Shown: positions 42,002 to 51,852 of the stretch, piece after piece
How positions within the stretch are numbered: the stretch's first letter is position 1
Layout of the letters: the number at the start of each line of letters is the position of its first letter
Source of the DNA: Enterococcus sp.
Lineage (GTDB): Bacteria > Bacillota > Bacilli > Lactobacillales > Enterococcaceae
Direction of reading: 5' to 3'
Assembly (NCBI GenBank): GCA_047975385.1
Contig: JBKEDL010000073.1
Coordinates: 11,719 to 75,718, forward strand
DNA length: 64,000 nucleotides
Notes under the pieces: model-generated
The model's database searches: none
Told to the model about the DNA's origin: nothing
What the model saw: only the letters and a program-made list of their open reading frames with translations
Translations under genes and position numbers: made by a program

Positions 42002-42865
42002 CTAATCAAACTTCTTCCATTCATCTTGCCATAAATTAATCAGTGGTAACATTACCTCTTGATTTTCAGTTAAATAATTAGCAAAAAAATTCATAGTTGC
42101 ACTATTATCAGAAATATCGACAGGAACACGGTCATTGGATATTTCGGGATCCCAAGTGGAACTAATGGAAGAAAGATTTGTTTCAAAATAAGGGAAAATC
42201 GAATAATTTCGAATCTCGGTAAAATCTGCTTCACTTTGATAGATAAATTTTGCATCAGGTATTTCTTTGTGTATGAGGTCGGACCAGATACCAATGTCAT
42301 TGCGGACAATGAAACTTAATCCAGAAAGTGCTTCAAAGGTAACTGATTGTTTCCCTCCTAGATTTGAAAAACTATTAATTCTGACTGATAGATGTTCTTG
42401 ACCAAGGTAGCTGGAATAAATGCGAGGATCGTTCACTGGCTGGTTTGTCACGATACAGGCATATTTGCGGTCTAAAAGAAGTTCAGCTATGTTATTTGTC
42501 TGAATTAATTCTTGTTGAATGAGTAAATTATCTCTTTTTGTTTGATTTAAGACAAGCAAAGGTCCTGGAGCCGTGGATGCGATAGTTACGGATTCTAGAT
42601 TATGATTAAAGGTTATTACGTCTTCCATAAATGCTTGATTTGCATCTAGTAATTGTTGTGCTTTTTGGACGGCATATTCACCAGTTTTTGTTAAGGTGAT
42701 TTTATTCGGTGTTCGAATGAATAGTTTAACACCTAATTGCTCTTCTAATTTTTGAGTTCCGCGTGTAATTGCAGGTTGTGAGATACCAAGATAGTCAGCT
42801 GCGGCTGCAAGTGTACCAAATTTTGCAAAAGCAGTTAGTTCTTCTAGTAAATAATGGTCAATCAT
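42002..42865 (-). CDS. LysR-family regulator
   Basis: TLAAAADYLGISQPAITR...LEEQLG. Confidence 0.9.
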   Translation of the reverse strand: MIDHYLLEELTAFAKFGTLAAAADYLGISQPAITRGTQKLEEQLGVKLFIRTPNKITLTKTGEYAVQKAQQLLDANQAFMEDVITFNHNLESVTIASTAPGPLLVLNQTKRDNLLIQQELIQTNNIAELLLDRKYACIVTNQPVNDPRIYSSYLGQEHLSVRINSFSNLGGKQSVTFEALSGLSFIVRNDIGIWSDLIHKEIPDAKFIYQSEADFTEIRNYSIFPYFETNLSSISSTWDPEISNDRVPVDISDNSATMNFFANYLTENQEVMLPLINLWQDEWKKFD

Positions 42866-42978
42866 GTTTTCGCCCCCTAGCTTAACCTAAACGTATACTA
42901 GCATGTAAAAGTGTTTATTTTCAAGTATGATACTTGCTCCTATAATCTAGCTATAGATTGGCAAAGGAGGAAATAAGG

Positions 42979-43848
42979 ATGAGCAAAGCACCAGTTTTTC
43001 AATTAAATGATGGAAACAAGATTCCAGCACTGGGATTTGGAGTGTTTCAAATTCCAACTGAAGGTGCGACTTATGATGCAGTTTTGAAAGCAATCAATTT
43101 AGGCTATCGTCATATTGACACAGCAGCTGCTTATTTTAACGAAGAAGAAGTTGGGAGAGCAATTAGGGATAGTGGTATTTCACGAAAAGAGCTTTGGATA
43201 ACATCTAAAATGTGGTTACAAGATTATGCCTATGAAGATGCGAAACAGGCAATTGAAACGTCACTCTCAAAACTTGGGGTTGAGTATTTGGATTTGTATT
43301 TGCTTCATCAACCCTACGGAAAGTTATCAGAAGCATGGAAAGCAATGATTGAAGCAAAAGCTGCTGGAAGAATTCGTTCGATTGGAGTTTCCAATATGAC
43401 TCCTAAACTTTGGACAAAATGGCAACAACAAGGTCTATTTGATGAAATGCGACCTTCAGTAAACCAAGTTGAGTTTAACCCTTATTTCCAACAGAAAGAA
43501 CTACGAAAACTTATGGCTGAAAATAAGGTGACTTTGGAAGCTTGGGGACCGTTGGGGCAAGGAAATACTGAATTGTTTAATGAACGAACACTACAAAGAA
43601 TTGCCAATAAGTACAATAAAAATGTCGGACAAGTGATCCTACGTTTTGAACACCAAGAAGGAATTATTATTTTTCCAAAGTCAGTACATGAAGATCGGAT
43701 GCAATCCAATCAAGCTATTTTTGATTTTGAACTAACTAGTGATGAAATGGACAGCATTCGTAGCTTAGACCGTGGACAAGGTAGTCACAATCCAGATGCA
43801 GCTGGAGTAGAAGAAATGTTGCTAAGTGCATTTGACGTTCATAAATAA
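42979..43848 (+). CDS. Aldo/keto reductase (DkgA-like)
   Basis: GFGVFQ, IDTAAAY, LLHQP, IGVSN, FPKS. Confidence 0.93.
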   Translation: MSKAPVFQLNDGNKIPALGFGVFQIPTEGATYDAVLKAINLGYRHIDTAAAYFNEEEVGRAIRDSGISRKELWITSKMWLQDYAYEDAKQAIETSLSKLGVEYLDLYLLHQPYGKLSEAWKAMIEAKAAGRIRSIGVSNMTPKLWTKWQQQGLFDEMRPSVNQVEFNPYFQQKELRKLMAENKVTLEAWGPLGQGNTELFNERTLQRIANKYNKNVGQVILRFEHQEGIIIFPKSVHEDRMQSNQAIFDFELTSDEMDSIRSLDRGQGSHNPDAAGVEEMLLSAFDVHK

Positions 43849-43867
43849 GATTAAGGAGGAAAAAGTG

Positions 43868-44731
43868 ATGATACCAACAATAAAATTGAATGATGGGAAT
43901 GAAATGCCACAGGTAGGTTTTGGTGTTTTTCAAATTCCTGATCATCTTGAAGCTAGAAATACAGTTGAGTCGGCACTATCTAATGGTTATCGACTAATCG
44001 ACACCGCTGAAGCTTATAATAATCAACCAGCAATTGGCGAAGCTATCAGTTGGAGTAGTACAAAACGTGAGGATATTTTTTTAACGACAAAATTATGGGT
44101 TTCGAACTTCACCTATGAAAAAGCGAAACAAGCGATTGACCATGATTTACAAGAGCTAAAGACTGATTATATTGATCTTTTTCTGTTGCATCAAGCTTAT
44201 GGGGATGTTGCCGGTGCTTGGCGAGCTATGGAAGAAGCACAAAAAGCGGGGAAAATAAAATCATTAGGGGTTTCAAATTTTTGGCCCGCCCAATTGAAGA
44301 ATTTAGAATTAATGATGAATGTTAAACCGACTGTCAATCAAATAGAAGTTAATCCTTGGTTTCAAAGAACACAAGAAGTTGAGTGGAATCAAAAAGAAGA
44401 TGTGGCGGTGGAGGCTTGGGCACCTTTTGCTGAAGGGAAAAATGGGATTTTCACGAATAAGCTATTACAACAGATTGGTGAAAAATATGGAAAAACTCCC
44501 GGGCAAGTCATTCTTCGTTGGCTACTACAACGGAATATCATCCTGATACCTAAGTCAGTGCATGATGCTCGTCAAAAAGAAAATATTGCACTGTTTGATT
44601 TTGAATTATCGATGGAAGACATGAATTTGATTTCAACATTAGATAAAAATCAGAGTCAATTTTTCGATCATCATGATCCAGATACTATTGAGCAAATCTT
44701 TGGCTCGAGTTTACGTGAATTGAGATCGTAA
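43868..44731 (+). CDS. Aldo/keto reductase (DkgA-like)
   Basis: GFGVFQ, IDTAEAY, LGVSNF, IPKS. Confidence 0.93.
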   Translation: MIPTIKLNDGNEMPQVGFGVFQIPDHLEARNTVESALSNGYRLIDTAEAYNNQPAIGEAISWSSTKREDIFLTTKLWVSNFTYEKAKQAIDHDLQELKTDYIDLFLLHQAYGDVAGAWRAMEEAQKAGKIKSLGVSNFWPAQLKNLELMMNVKPTVNQIEVNPWFQRTQEVEWNQKEDVAVEAWAPFAEGKNGIFTNKLLQQIGEKYGKTPGQVILRWLLQRNIILIPKSVHDARQKENIALFDFELSMEDMNLISTLDKNQSQFFDHHDPDTIEQIFGSSLRELRS

Positions 44732-44855
44732 CCAGTCGATATAGATTACTAAAATTACTACGTACAAAAATATTGGGACACTTCTATCTACTGGCCTACT
44801 TATGATAGAAGTGTTCTTTCTATCCAAAATAACCAAAAAGAAAGAAGTTAAAAAT

Positions 44856-46151
44856 TTGACTAAGCAAAAATTTGGCATCATTTTACCCATCACACTACTT
44901 TCGTATTTCTTAATTTTAATGGACAACTCGATCATCTTTACGAGTTCCGTCCAGATTGGAGAGAGTCTCCATTTAACTGCAACATCACTATCTTGGGTGT
45001 CTAGTGCTTATACACTTACCTTTGGCGGATTTTTATTATTAAGTGGGCGACTCTCTGATCTATTGGGAAGAAAGAGAATCTTTTTAATCGGGTTACTAAT
45101 TTTCGGATTTAGTTCCCTCGTCATTGGGCTATCGCAAACACCCTTTATGGTGATCACCATGCGTGCGATTCAAGGAATTGGGAGCTCAATCATTGCGCCT
45201 ACATCTCTTGCCTTAATTATGGATAACTACAAGCACAATATGCGGCAACGGGCTATTTCCTATTATGGAGCAACAGCGGGGATTGGCTCAAGCGTTGGAC
45301 TATTAGTGGGCGGTGGTTTAACAAGTCTTATTTCTTGGCGTGCAGGCTTCTTAATCAATGTCCCATTTACAATTATTCTGTTTTATCTCACAGTGCGCTT
45401 TGTTAAGAACTCTGAAATGAAGAAAGAAAGAATTGATTATATTGGTAGCCTATTATCAGTTGTTGGTTTAATCGGTATTATCTATGGTTTTACTGAAGGC
45501 ATAGTACTTTTAGTGTTGTTAGGAATTCTTATTTTAGGATTATTTATTCTTCGTGAAAAAAGTATTTCGTTTCCTATCTTACCATTAGTGCTCTTTAAAA
45601 ATCGGATTCGATCTGGTGCATACGTTGTGCGACTTTTGTTTATGATGGCAATGCTACCATTTTGGTTCTTTTTGCCACAAATGATGCAAGCACAGTATGG
45701 TTTTTCAGCATTACAATCAGGAATGGCTTTTTTGCCTCTGACCCTCGTTAATTTTCTAATCGCCTTACAATTACCTAGATTAACTGCCAAGTTTGGCAAC
45801 AATCGAGTCTTACTAATAGGCGAAATTATTCTTGCTGTGGGATTAATTCTTTTGGCCTTTTCTGATATTACGAGTGGTTATTGGTCGGCCATTTTTATAC
45901 CAATGGTAATACTTGGCTTAGGACAAGGATTAATCTTGGCACCCGTGACTTCTGCTGGTGTCCACGAAGCGCCAAATGAACTTTCAGGAGCCGCAAGTGG
46001 TGTGACTAATACGATGCACCAAATTGGAGGGCCTATTGGACTGTCCTTGATCGTCTCTCTCACGAATCAATTCCAGAGTGAGATGATTTTGATGGCTGTG
46101 TTTACCATTATTTCAATTGTTGTAGTAGCTGTTTTTATTAGGCATGAGTGA
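44856..46151 (+). CDS. MFS transporter (DHA2-like)
   Basis: WVSSAYTLTFGG, GRLSDLLGRKR, WRAGFLINVP; start position approximate. Confidence 0.88.
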   Translation: MTKQKFGIILPITLLSYFLILMDNSIIFTSSVQIGESLHLTATSLSWVSSAYTLTFGGFLLLSGRLSDLLGRKRIFLIGLLIFGFSSLVIGLSQTPFMVITMRAIQGIGSSIIAPTSLALIMDNYKHNMRQRAISYYGATAGIGSSVGLLVGGGLTSLISWRAGFLINVPFTIILFYLTVRFVKNSEMKKERIDYIGSLLSVVGLIGIIYGFTEGIVLLVLLGILILGLFILREKSISFPILPLVLFKNRIRSGAYVVRLLFMMAMLPFWFFLPQMMQAQYGFSALQSGMAFLPLTLVNFLIALQLPRLTAKFGNNRVLLIGEIILAVGLILLAFSDITSGYWSAIFIPMVILGLGQGLILAPVTSAGVHEAPNELSGAASGVTNTMHQIGGPIGLSLIVSLTNQFQSEMILMAVFTIISIVVVAVFIRHE

Positions 46152-46316
46152 TTGAAATGACTGAAATGACTGATGCCCCAGATAATCCATGTATTTTATT
46201 TCGCTTTTTATATGAGTTAAGGCTGATAAAAAAAGAAGAATTTGACTTCTGAATTTTTAAATTTACTTTTTGAATAGCTACCTTGAATTAACAAACGCAA
46301 AATGGAAACAAAGTAG

Positions 46317-46347
46317 TTGACATAGAGTTAACTCTATTACTTATGAT
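46317..46347 (+). promoter_or_regulatory. MerR-type promoter with AdhR/NmlR-like operator
   Basis: TTGACA-19 bp-TATGAT containing palindrome ATAGAGTTAACTCTAT. Confidence 0.8.
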
Positions 46348-46449
46348 AAATCCATAGTCAAATCCTTAAAGGAATAAATTTGATAAAAAGGAGACATAGT
46401 AAACTGATGAATAGGGATTTAATTTAAACAGAATTGGAGACGAAGAAAA

Positions 46450-47394
46450 ATGACTCAAAATGGAAATTATATTTTTGAATTGAATAAAAATGTTGAAAGA
46501 AAAAGTGTTTCTTATAAAAATCGTTATGGGATTAAAATTTCTGGAGACTTGTATACACCTAAAAATTTAAAATCAACAATGACTTATCCAGGGTTAATTA
46601 TTGGGACGCCTTATGGAGGGGTTAAAGAGCAAGGACCAGGGATATACGCAAATGAATTAGCTCAAAGAGGATTTGTCGTATTAACTTTTGATCCTTCTTA
46701 TAATGGATATAGTGGTGGCGATCCTCGCCATGTATCATCTCCAGATATTTTTGTTGAAGACTTTAGTGCCGCAATTGATTTTATTGGCACACGTCCATTT
46801 GTTGATAAAACGAAACTCGGCGCAATCGGTATTTGCGGTAGTGGAGGCTTTGCGCTAAGTGCAGCACAAGTCGATCGTCGAATCAAAGCGATAGCTACTG
46901 TAAGTATGTATGATATTTCTCGGGCACAACGAGGAGATTCATTAAGTGAAGCCGAAAGAAACAAAATGTTAGACGATATGAATGAGCAACGCTATCTAGA
47001 CTTTGAAAATAATCAACCAACTTTAGGTCCTAGAGGTGCTGCTATTGGATTTGATGAAAATACAGATCCTATAGGTAAAGAATTTGGTGAATTCTACTCT
47101 ACTCCTAGAGGATATCATCCTAATTCAATTACTCAGTTTACCATTACTAGTAGTATGTCATTTATGAATTTTCCTTTGTTAACGTATATTAAATCTATTT
47201 CCCCACGACCAATTTTATTGATTATTGGAGAAAATGCGCATTCAAGATTCTTTAGTGAAGATGTTTATGCCGAAGCTAATGAGCCAAAAGAATTATACGT
47301 TGTTCCCGAAGCAGGACATGTTGATTTGTATGACAAACTTGATTTGATTCCATTTGATAAACTCACTGATTTCTTTGGTAAGCATCTCGCATAG
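46450..47394 (+). CDS. Alpha/beta hydrolase (YcjY-like, Cys nucleophile)
   Basis: PYGGVKEQ, GICGSGG, AGHVDLYD. Confidence 0.88.
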   Translation: MTQNGNYIFELNKNVERKSVSYKNRYGIKISGDLYTPKNLKSTMTYPGLIIGTPYGGVKEQGPGIYANELAQRGFVVLTFDPSYNGYSGGDPRHVSSPDIFVEDFSAAIDFIGTRPFVDKTKLGAIGICGSGGFALSAAQVDRRIKAIATVSMYDISRAQRGDSLSEAERNKMLDDMNEQRYLDFENNQPTLGPRGAAIGFDENTDPIGKEFGEFYSTPRGYHPNSITQFTITSSMSFMNFPLLTYIKSISPRPILLIIGENAHSRFFSEDVYAEANEPKELYVVPEAGHVDLYDKLDLIPFDKLTDFFGKHLA

Positions 47395-47480
47395 AGCAGA
47401 CTGGAAGCCAGAGTGTAATGGAAATAAGAAGATTCTAGAATTTCAATCAGAAAGTCTTTTGACATGATAAGAGGTGTACA

Positions 47481-47876
47481 ATGAAAGATTATAAAATTGG
47501 TGAGTTTGCTAGAATTTTAGGTGTTAGTGTTCACACCCTTCGGTATTATGAAAAAGAAGGCCTGATTATTCCCGAAAAAAGAGAACGAAATCTACGCTAC
47601 TATTCAGAGGAAGATCGTTTATGGATGGAGTTTTTACTTCATATGAAAGAGACGGGAATGTCGATTCTGGATATGAAGAAATATACCGAATTGAGAAAGA
47701 GTGAAGACTATAATCCTAAGGAATTGATAGACATATTAATTCGACATAGGGAAAAAGTTATTGAACAAATCCAAATTTATCAGAAAAACTTAGACATTCT
47801 AAATGAAAAAATAAGTATCTATCAAAATGAACTAGGAGAAGATTTATTTGATAAATTTAAGGAGATGGAATCATAA
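47481..47876 (+). CDS. MerR-family regulator (AdhR-like)
   Basis: IGEFA...TLRYYEKEGLI, TGMSI. Confidence 0.92.
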   Translation: MKDYKIGEFARILGVSVHTLRYYEKEGLIIPEKRERNLRYYSEEDRLWMEFLLHMKETGMSILDMKKYTELRKSEDYNPKELIDILIRHREKVIEQIQIYQKNLDILNEKISIYQNELGEDLFDKFKEMES

Positions 47877-47899
47877 CACTAAGAATTGGGAGGAGTCAA

Positions 47900-48892
47900 T
47901 TGTTTAAATCAAAATCATTGATGTTAGTTACTGCTCTGGTTACCATAGTTATTTTAGTATCTGGATGCTCATCGACAAATTCAAAGGAATCCTCGTCTAA
48001 TGCTTCTTCTGATATCGAAAAATCAAGGGTCCTAGTAGTTTACTATTCTTTATCAGGGAATACTAAACTACTGGCGGAGAAAATTCATGAGGTAACTGGT
48101 GGTGACATATACGAAATTGAACTGAAAAGTCCTTACCCAAAAAGCTTATCTGAGGCAGACAAACGTTCAAAAGAAGAACGTTCCTCTGGTCAATTGCCTG
48201 AATTAAAAAAAGATAATCTAGATTTGAGGGCTTACGATCTAGTCCTATTTGGAGGACCCGTCTGGTCAGATACTCTAGCCACACCACTAGAAAGTTTTAT
48301 CCAGACAAAAGAACTCTCAAAATTGAGAATTGCTCCTTTCTATACCTATGCAAATAATAAGGGGAATTATGAAGAGCATTTTCAGCGTTTACTCTCAAAT
48401 CATGATATAGAAAATAGTTTAGGGGTTAGTTCTTCTGAGATGTCTGATGATCAAAAGATTACAGAACATGTACGCGAATGGTTTAAGACCTTGAATACAG
48501 TGAGTAGAAACTCTTTAAAAATGAAGAATTCAAATAGTAATCAGATTGAAATTAGAACCGGTAATACTGTGATTGAGGCTGAACTAAACAATAGTACTGG
48601 CGCTCAAAAATTTAAAGAACAGCTTCCACAAACTATTTCGATGCAAAGAATTGGAGATCATGAGTATTACGGTAGACTAGAAGAAAATTTAGCTCCTTCA
48701 GAAAATCTTCAAACTGGATATAGTATTGGCGACTTAGCCTTTTGGACACCAGGAAATCTTTTTGCACTCTATTTTGCTGAACCGGATACCGATCCTGAAG
48801 GACTAATGATTTTAGGAAAAGTAACTTCTACTATTGGGCAAGTGGAGAGATTAGATAATAATGTAGATATAGAAATAAGACTTGTTAAGTGA
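47900..48892 (+). CDS. Lipoprotein: flavodoxin fused to a cyclophilin-like domain
   Basis: Lipobox LVSGC, YYSLSGNTK, GGPVW; C-terminal GDLAFWTPG. Confidence 0.75.
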   Translation: MFKSKSLMLVTALVTIVILVSGCSSTNSKESSSNASSDIEKSRVLVVYYSLSGNTKLLAEKIHEVTGGDIYEIELKSPYPKSLSEADKRSKEERSSGQLPELKKDNLDLRAYDLVLFGGPVWSDTLATPLESFIQTKELSKLRIAPFYTYANNKGNYEEHFQRLLSNHDIENSLGVSSSEMSDDQKITEHVREWFKTLNTVSRNSLKMKNSNSNQIEIRTGNTVIEAELNNSTGAQKFKEQLPQTISMQRIGDHEYYGRLEENLAPSENLQTGYSIGDLAFWTPGNLFALYFAEPDTDPEGLMILGKVTSTIGQVERLDNNVDIEIRLVK

Positions 48893-48932
48893 AAAAGGAA
48901 AGGTGGGTTAATAAACCGCCTTTCCTTTTTTT
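48892..48932 (+). terminator. Intrinsic terminator
   Basis: AAAAAGGAAAGGTGG...CCGCCTTTCCTTTTTTT. Confidence 0.8.
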
Positions 48933-49023
48933 AATATAATTTATAAAAACATAGTTCTTCTGATGCTGATTATAAAATTTAAGGAAGCCCTGGTGTTGGA
49001 TGTGATTCATAAGTAGTTCCAGT

Positions 49024-49071
49024 TTGACATATAGTCCTTGAATAGACTATAATAGTCCTTGTGGGGACTAT
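49024..49071 (+). promoter_or_regulatory. Promoter with two tandem palindromic operators (probable MarR sites)
   Basis: TTGACA-18-TATAAT; ATAGTC-N8-GACTAT at 49031-49050 and 49052-49071. Confidence 0.75.
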
Positions 49072-49096
49072 ATAGGTTTGGAAGGAGAAGAAAATT

Positions 49097-49546
49097 GTGG
49101 AACAAACATTTTTTGAACAAATTAGTGACATTAATCGAGCAATTCACCGGATAAATAGTCTTTATAGTAAGTGGGCGCAGGAACATGCTACGAATCAAAA
49201 TACCATTAGCATTATGCACATGCTTGTTACTGAAGGCCAAATTACCCAAAAAAAATTTATTGAGGCTCATAATGTACCTAAACAATCAGTGAATAATATT
49301 ATTCTTTCATTGAAAAAAGATCAGCTGATTGAAATGAAATCGAGCGAGGTAGATAAACGGGAAAAGGTTATTGTTTTAACAGAAAAAGGGAAGAGTTATT
49401 CTGAACAGCTACTTAGCCCGTTGTTTGCATTAGAGAAGCAAGTTGTAAATGAAATGGGTACAGAATCAATGAGGGAACTTATGGATTCGACAACAAAATT
49501 TGGTGATATGTTAGAAAAAGTAATGAAGACCGAAGGAAAAGAATAG
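49097..49546 (+). CDS. MarR-family regulator
   Basis: PKQSVNNII, DKREKVIVLTEKG. Confidence 0.88.
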   Translation: MEQTFFEQISDINRAIHRINSLYSKWAQEHATNQNTISIMHMLVTEGQITQKKFIEAHNVPKQSVNNIILSLKKDQLIEMKSSEVDKREKVIVLTEKGKSYSEQLLSPLFALEKQVVNEMGTESMRELMDSTTKFGDMLEKVMKTEGKE

Positions 49547-49620
49547 ATGTCAAATGATAAATAGGTTTTATTAAGTTAAACACTCTTATGTATTTCAAAA
49601 TGTAGAAAGCTGGTGTACGA

Positions 49621-50799
49621 ATGAAGAATTTTTCTTATCAAAATACAACAAAGTTAATTTTTGGAGAAGACAAAATTGTAGAAGTAGCAAATGAAATCAG
49701 CAAGTTGGGACCGAAAACCTTACTAGTAATGGGGGGAACGAGCTTCATTAAAAATGGTTATTATGAGAGCCTTGTTCAGGCACTTCAAGAAAAAGGAGTA
49801 TCAACTTATGATTTTAAAGGAGTTGTGACGCCGCTACTTAGCAAAGTGAGGGAAGGAATCCAAATTTGCAGGGATAATCAAATTGATTCCATCATTGGAA
49901 TCGGTGGTGGAACTGTTATGGATGTAGCAAAAGCTATAGCATTTGGTGTAAAACAAAAAGAAGATATTTGGAAGTTTCTAGATATGGAAATTTCAGAAGA
50001 AAATCGTAGTCATTTACCAGTCATTACGATCGTTACTTACCCTTCATCTGGATCTGAAATGGATAGTTCAGCTCAAATTGATCATGATCAAACACTTGAG
50101 AAACGTGGATTAAATTCCATTTTTCCTATGATTGCTTGGTTGAATCCCGCTTATATGAAATCTATTCCTGAAATAAATTTGAAATATGGTCAAATGACTG
50201 TTTTTGCGCAACTCTCATCTGGGTATCTTAGCTTAGAGCGTTCCGATTTATCCGAATCTATTTCTTTGGCTTTCATGACAACTGTAATGGACAACTTAAA
50301 AAGAGCTTTAAATGATTCTAAGGATGAAGAAGCAAGAAAGAATCTGATGTTAGCCAGTTCACTAAGTGTTTCGGGGATTACTACGCTTGGTAAAGAAGGA
50401 GATTGGTCCTTAATTCCTCTGGTAGGTATGGCACAAACTATTTTAAATGTTTCCTATACTGAGGCAATGACAATTCTTCTTCCTTACTGGATAAAGTATA
50501 TTTATGCTGGGCAAAATATTTTTAAGGATTATTTTAAAAATATTTTTGATTTAACTCTTACAGATTTGAATGATGAACAAATCTTAAAAATTGGATTAGA
50601 CCATTTAAATCTATTTTATAAAGAAATTGGTGTTGCAACTACATTTAAAGAGTTGAATCCATCAATAGATAAGAGTGTTAAGAAACAAATCATTCAGTTT
50701 GCTAAAAACCAAGGAGAATTGTTCTCTCAATATCGTCCTTTTACACCTGAGTTAGTCGAAGAAATTATGGTAGAAGCTAGTGGCATAGCTAGCAAATAA
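49621..50799 (+). CDS. Iron-containing ADH family homolog (BDH/YqhD-like), metal ligands apparently absent
   Basis: NTTKLIFG, GGGTVMDVAK, T-x-P-x-x-GSE, GDW. Confidence 0.8.
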   Translation: MKNFSYQNTTKLIFGEDKIVEVANEISKLGPKTLLVMGGTSFIKNGYYESLVQALQEKGVSTYDFKGVVTPLLSKVREGIQICRDNQIDSIIGIGGGTVMDVAKAIAFGVKQKEDIWKFLDMEISEENRSHLPVITIVTYPSSGSEMDSSAQIDHDQTLEKRGLNSIFPMIAWLNPAYMKSIPEINLKYGQMTVFAQLSSGYLSLERSDLSESISLAFMTTVMDNLKRALNDSKDEEARKNLMLASSLSVSGITTLGKEGDWSLIPLVGMAQTILNVSYTEAMTILLPYWIKYIYAGQNIFKDYFKNIFDLTLTDLNDEQILKIGLDHLNLFYKEIGVATTFKELNPSIDKSVKKQIIQFAKNQGELFSQYRPFTPELVEEIMVEASGIASK

Positions 50800-50818
50800 A
50801 ATGAAAAGAGGAATGAAT

Positions 50819-51829
50819 ATGACGAAAATTTTACGATTAAATAGATTTGGTGGTATTGAAAATTTAACATTAGATGATGTTGATTTGAAGAATTTGGATA
50901 AAGATGAGGCTCTAATTAATGTTAAAGCAACCGGTATCACCGGCGATAATTTAAGCTTCATTAAGGGGAGAGTGCTTCCCGGTGAAGAAGGTTCTGACTC
51001 TATTTTTCCTGCGACTTTAGGCTATGAAGCAACTGGAATTGTTGAAGCAGTTGGTATGAACGTTGATAATCAATGGGTTGGAAAGCGTGTTGCACCAGTT
51101 GGGCCTTATGATTTTTTGTCTTATGGTAGTATCGGGGAAAAAGCAATCGTGCCAGCTAATCGTTTGATTGAAATCCCTGAAAAACTTTCTTTTGAAGAAG
51201 CAGCAGGTTTGTGGGTTCCATATTTAACAGCAGCTCCAATCCAATTATATGGAAATCTTGAAATTGGTGATTATGCGGTTATTACAGCAGGTACGTCAAC
51301 TGTTGGAAATGCAGCAATCCAGTATGTCACTGCAAGTGGAGCAACTCCAATTGCAACAACTCGATCAAGAAAGAAAGCGGAGATACTTCAAACAAACACT
51401 GGAATTAAAGATGTTATTATTACTAGCGAAGAGAACTATCTTTCTAGAATAAATGAAATCACTCAGGGAAAAGGCAGTAAATTAGTATTTGATAGTATTG
51501 GTGGAACGTTTATTGATGATCTTGCTTCTGGAATGACAAATGGAGGAACAATCATCGAATATGGTGTTCTTGGTGGCTTAGAGGCCCCGTTACCTGTTTC
51601 TCAGATACTAAGTAAAGGGTTAAGCATCCGTGGCTTTGCAGTAAATGAAATTGTTGAAAATGAAGAATTATTTTCTAAAGCAACAGACTATGTTCTTTCT
51701 CAAATAGAAAATGGTGTATTCAAACCGAAAATCGCTGCTACTTTTTCATTAGAGGATTACCAAGCAGCATTTGAACAACTGATAAAAAATGATAAATTAG
51801 GGCGAATTATTTTGATACCTAATAAATGA
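50819..51829 (+). CDS. Zn-independent MDR/quinone oxidoreductase
   Basis: LGYEATG, EAAGLWVPYLTA, GRIIL. Confidence 0.85.
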   Translation: MTKILRLNRFGGIENLTLDDVDLKNLDKDEALINVKATGITGDNLSFIKGRVLPGEEGSDSIFPATLGYEATGIVEAVGMNVDNQWVGKRVAPVGPYDFLSYGSIGEKAIVPANRLIEIPEKLSFEEAAGLWVPYLTAAPIQLYGNLEIGDYAVITAGTSTVGNAAIQYVTASGATPIATTRSRKKAEILQTNTGIKDVIITSEENYLSRINEITQGKGSKLVFDSIGGTFIDDLASGMTNGGTIIEYGVLGGLEAPLPVSQILSKGLSIRGFAVNEIVENEELFSKATDYVLSQIENGVFKPKIAATFSLEDYQAAFEQLIKNDKLGRIILIPNK

Positions 51830-51852
51830 CAAATGATTGGAGGAAAAACTAT

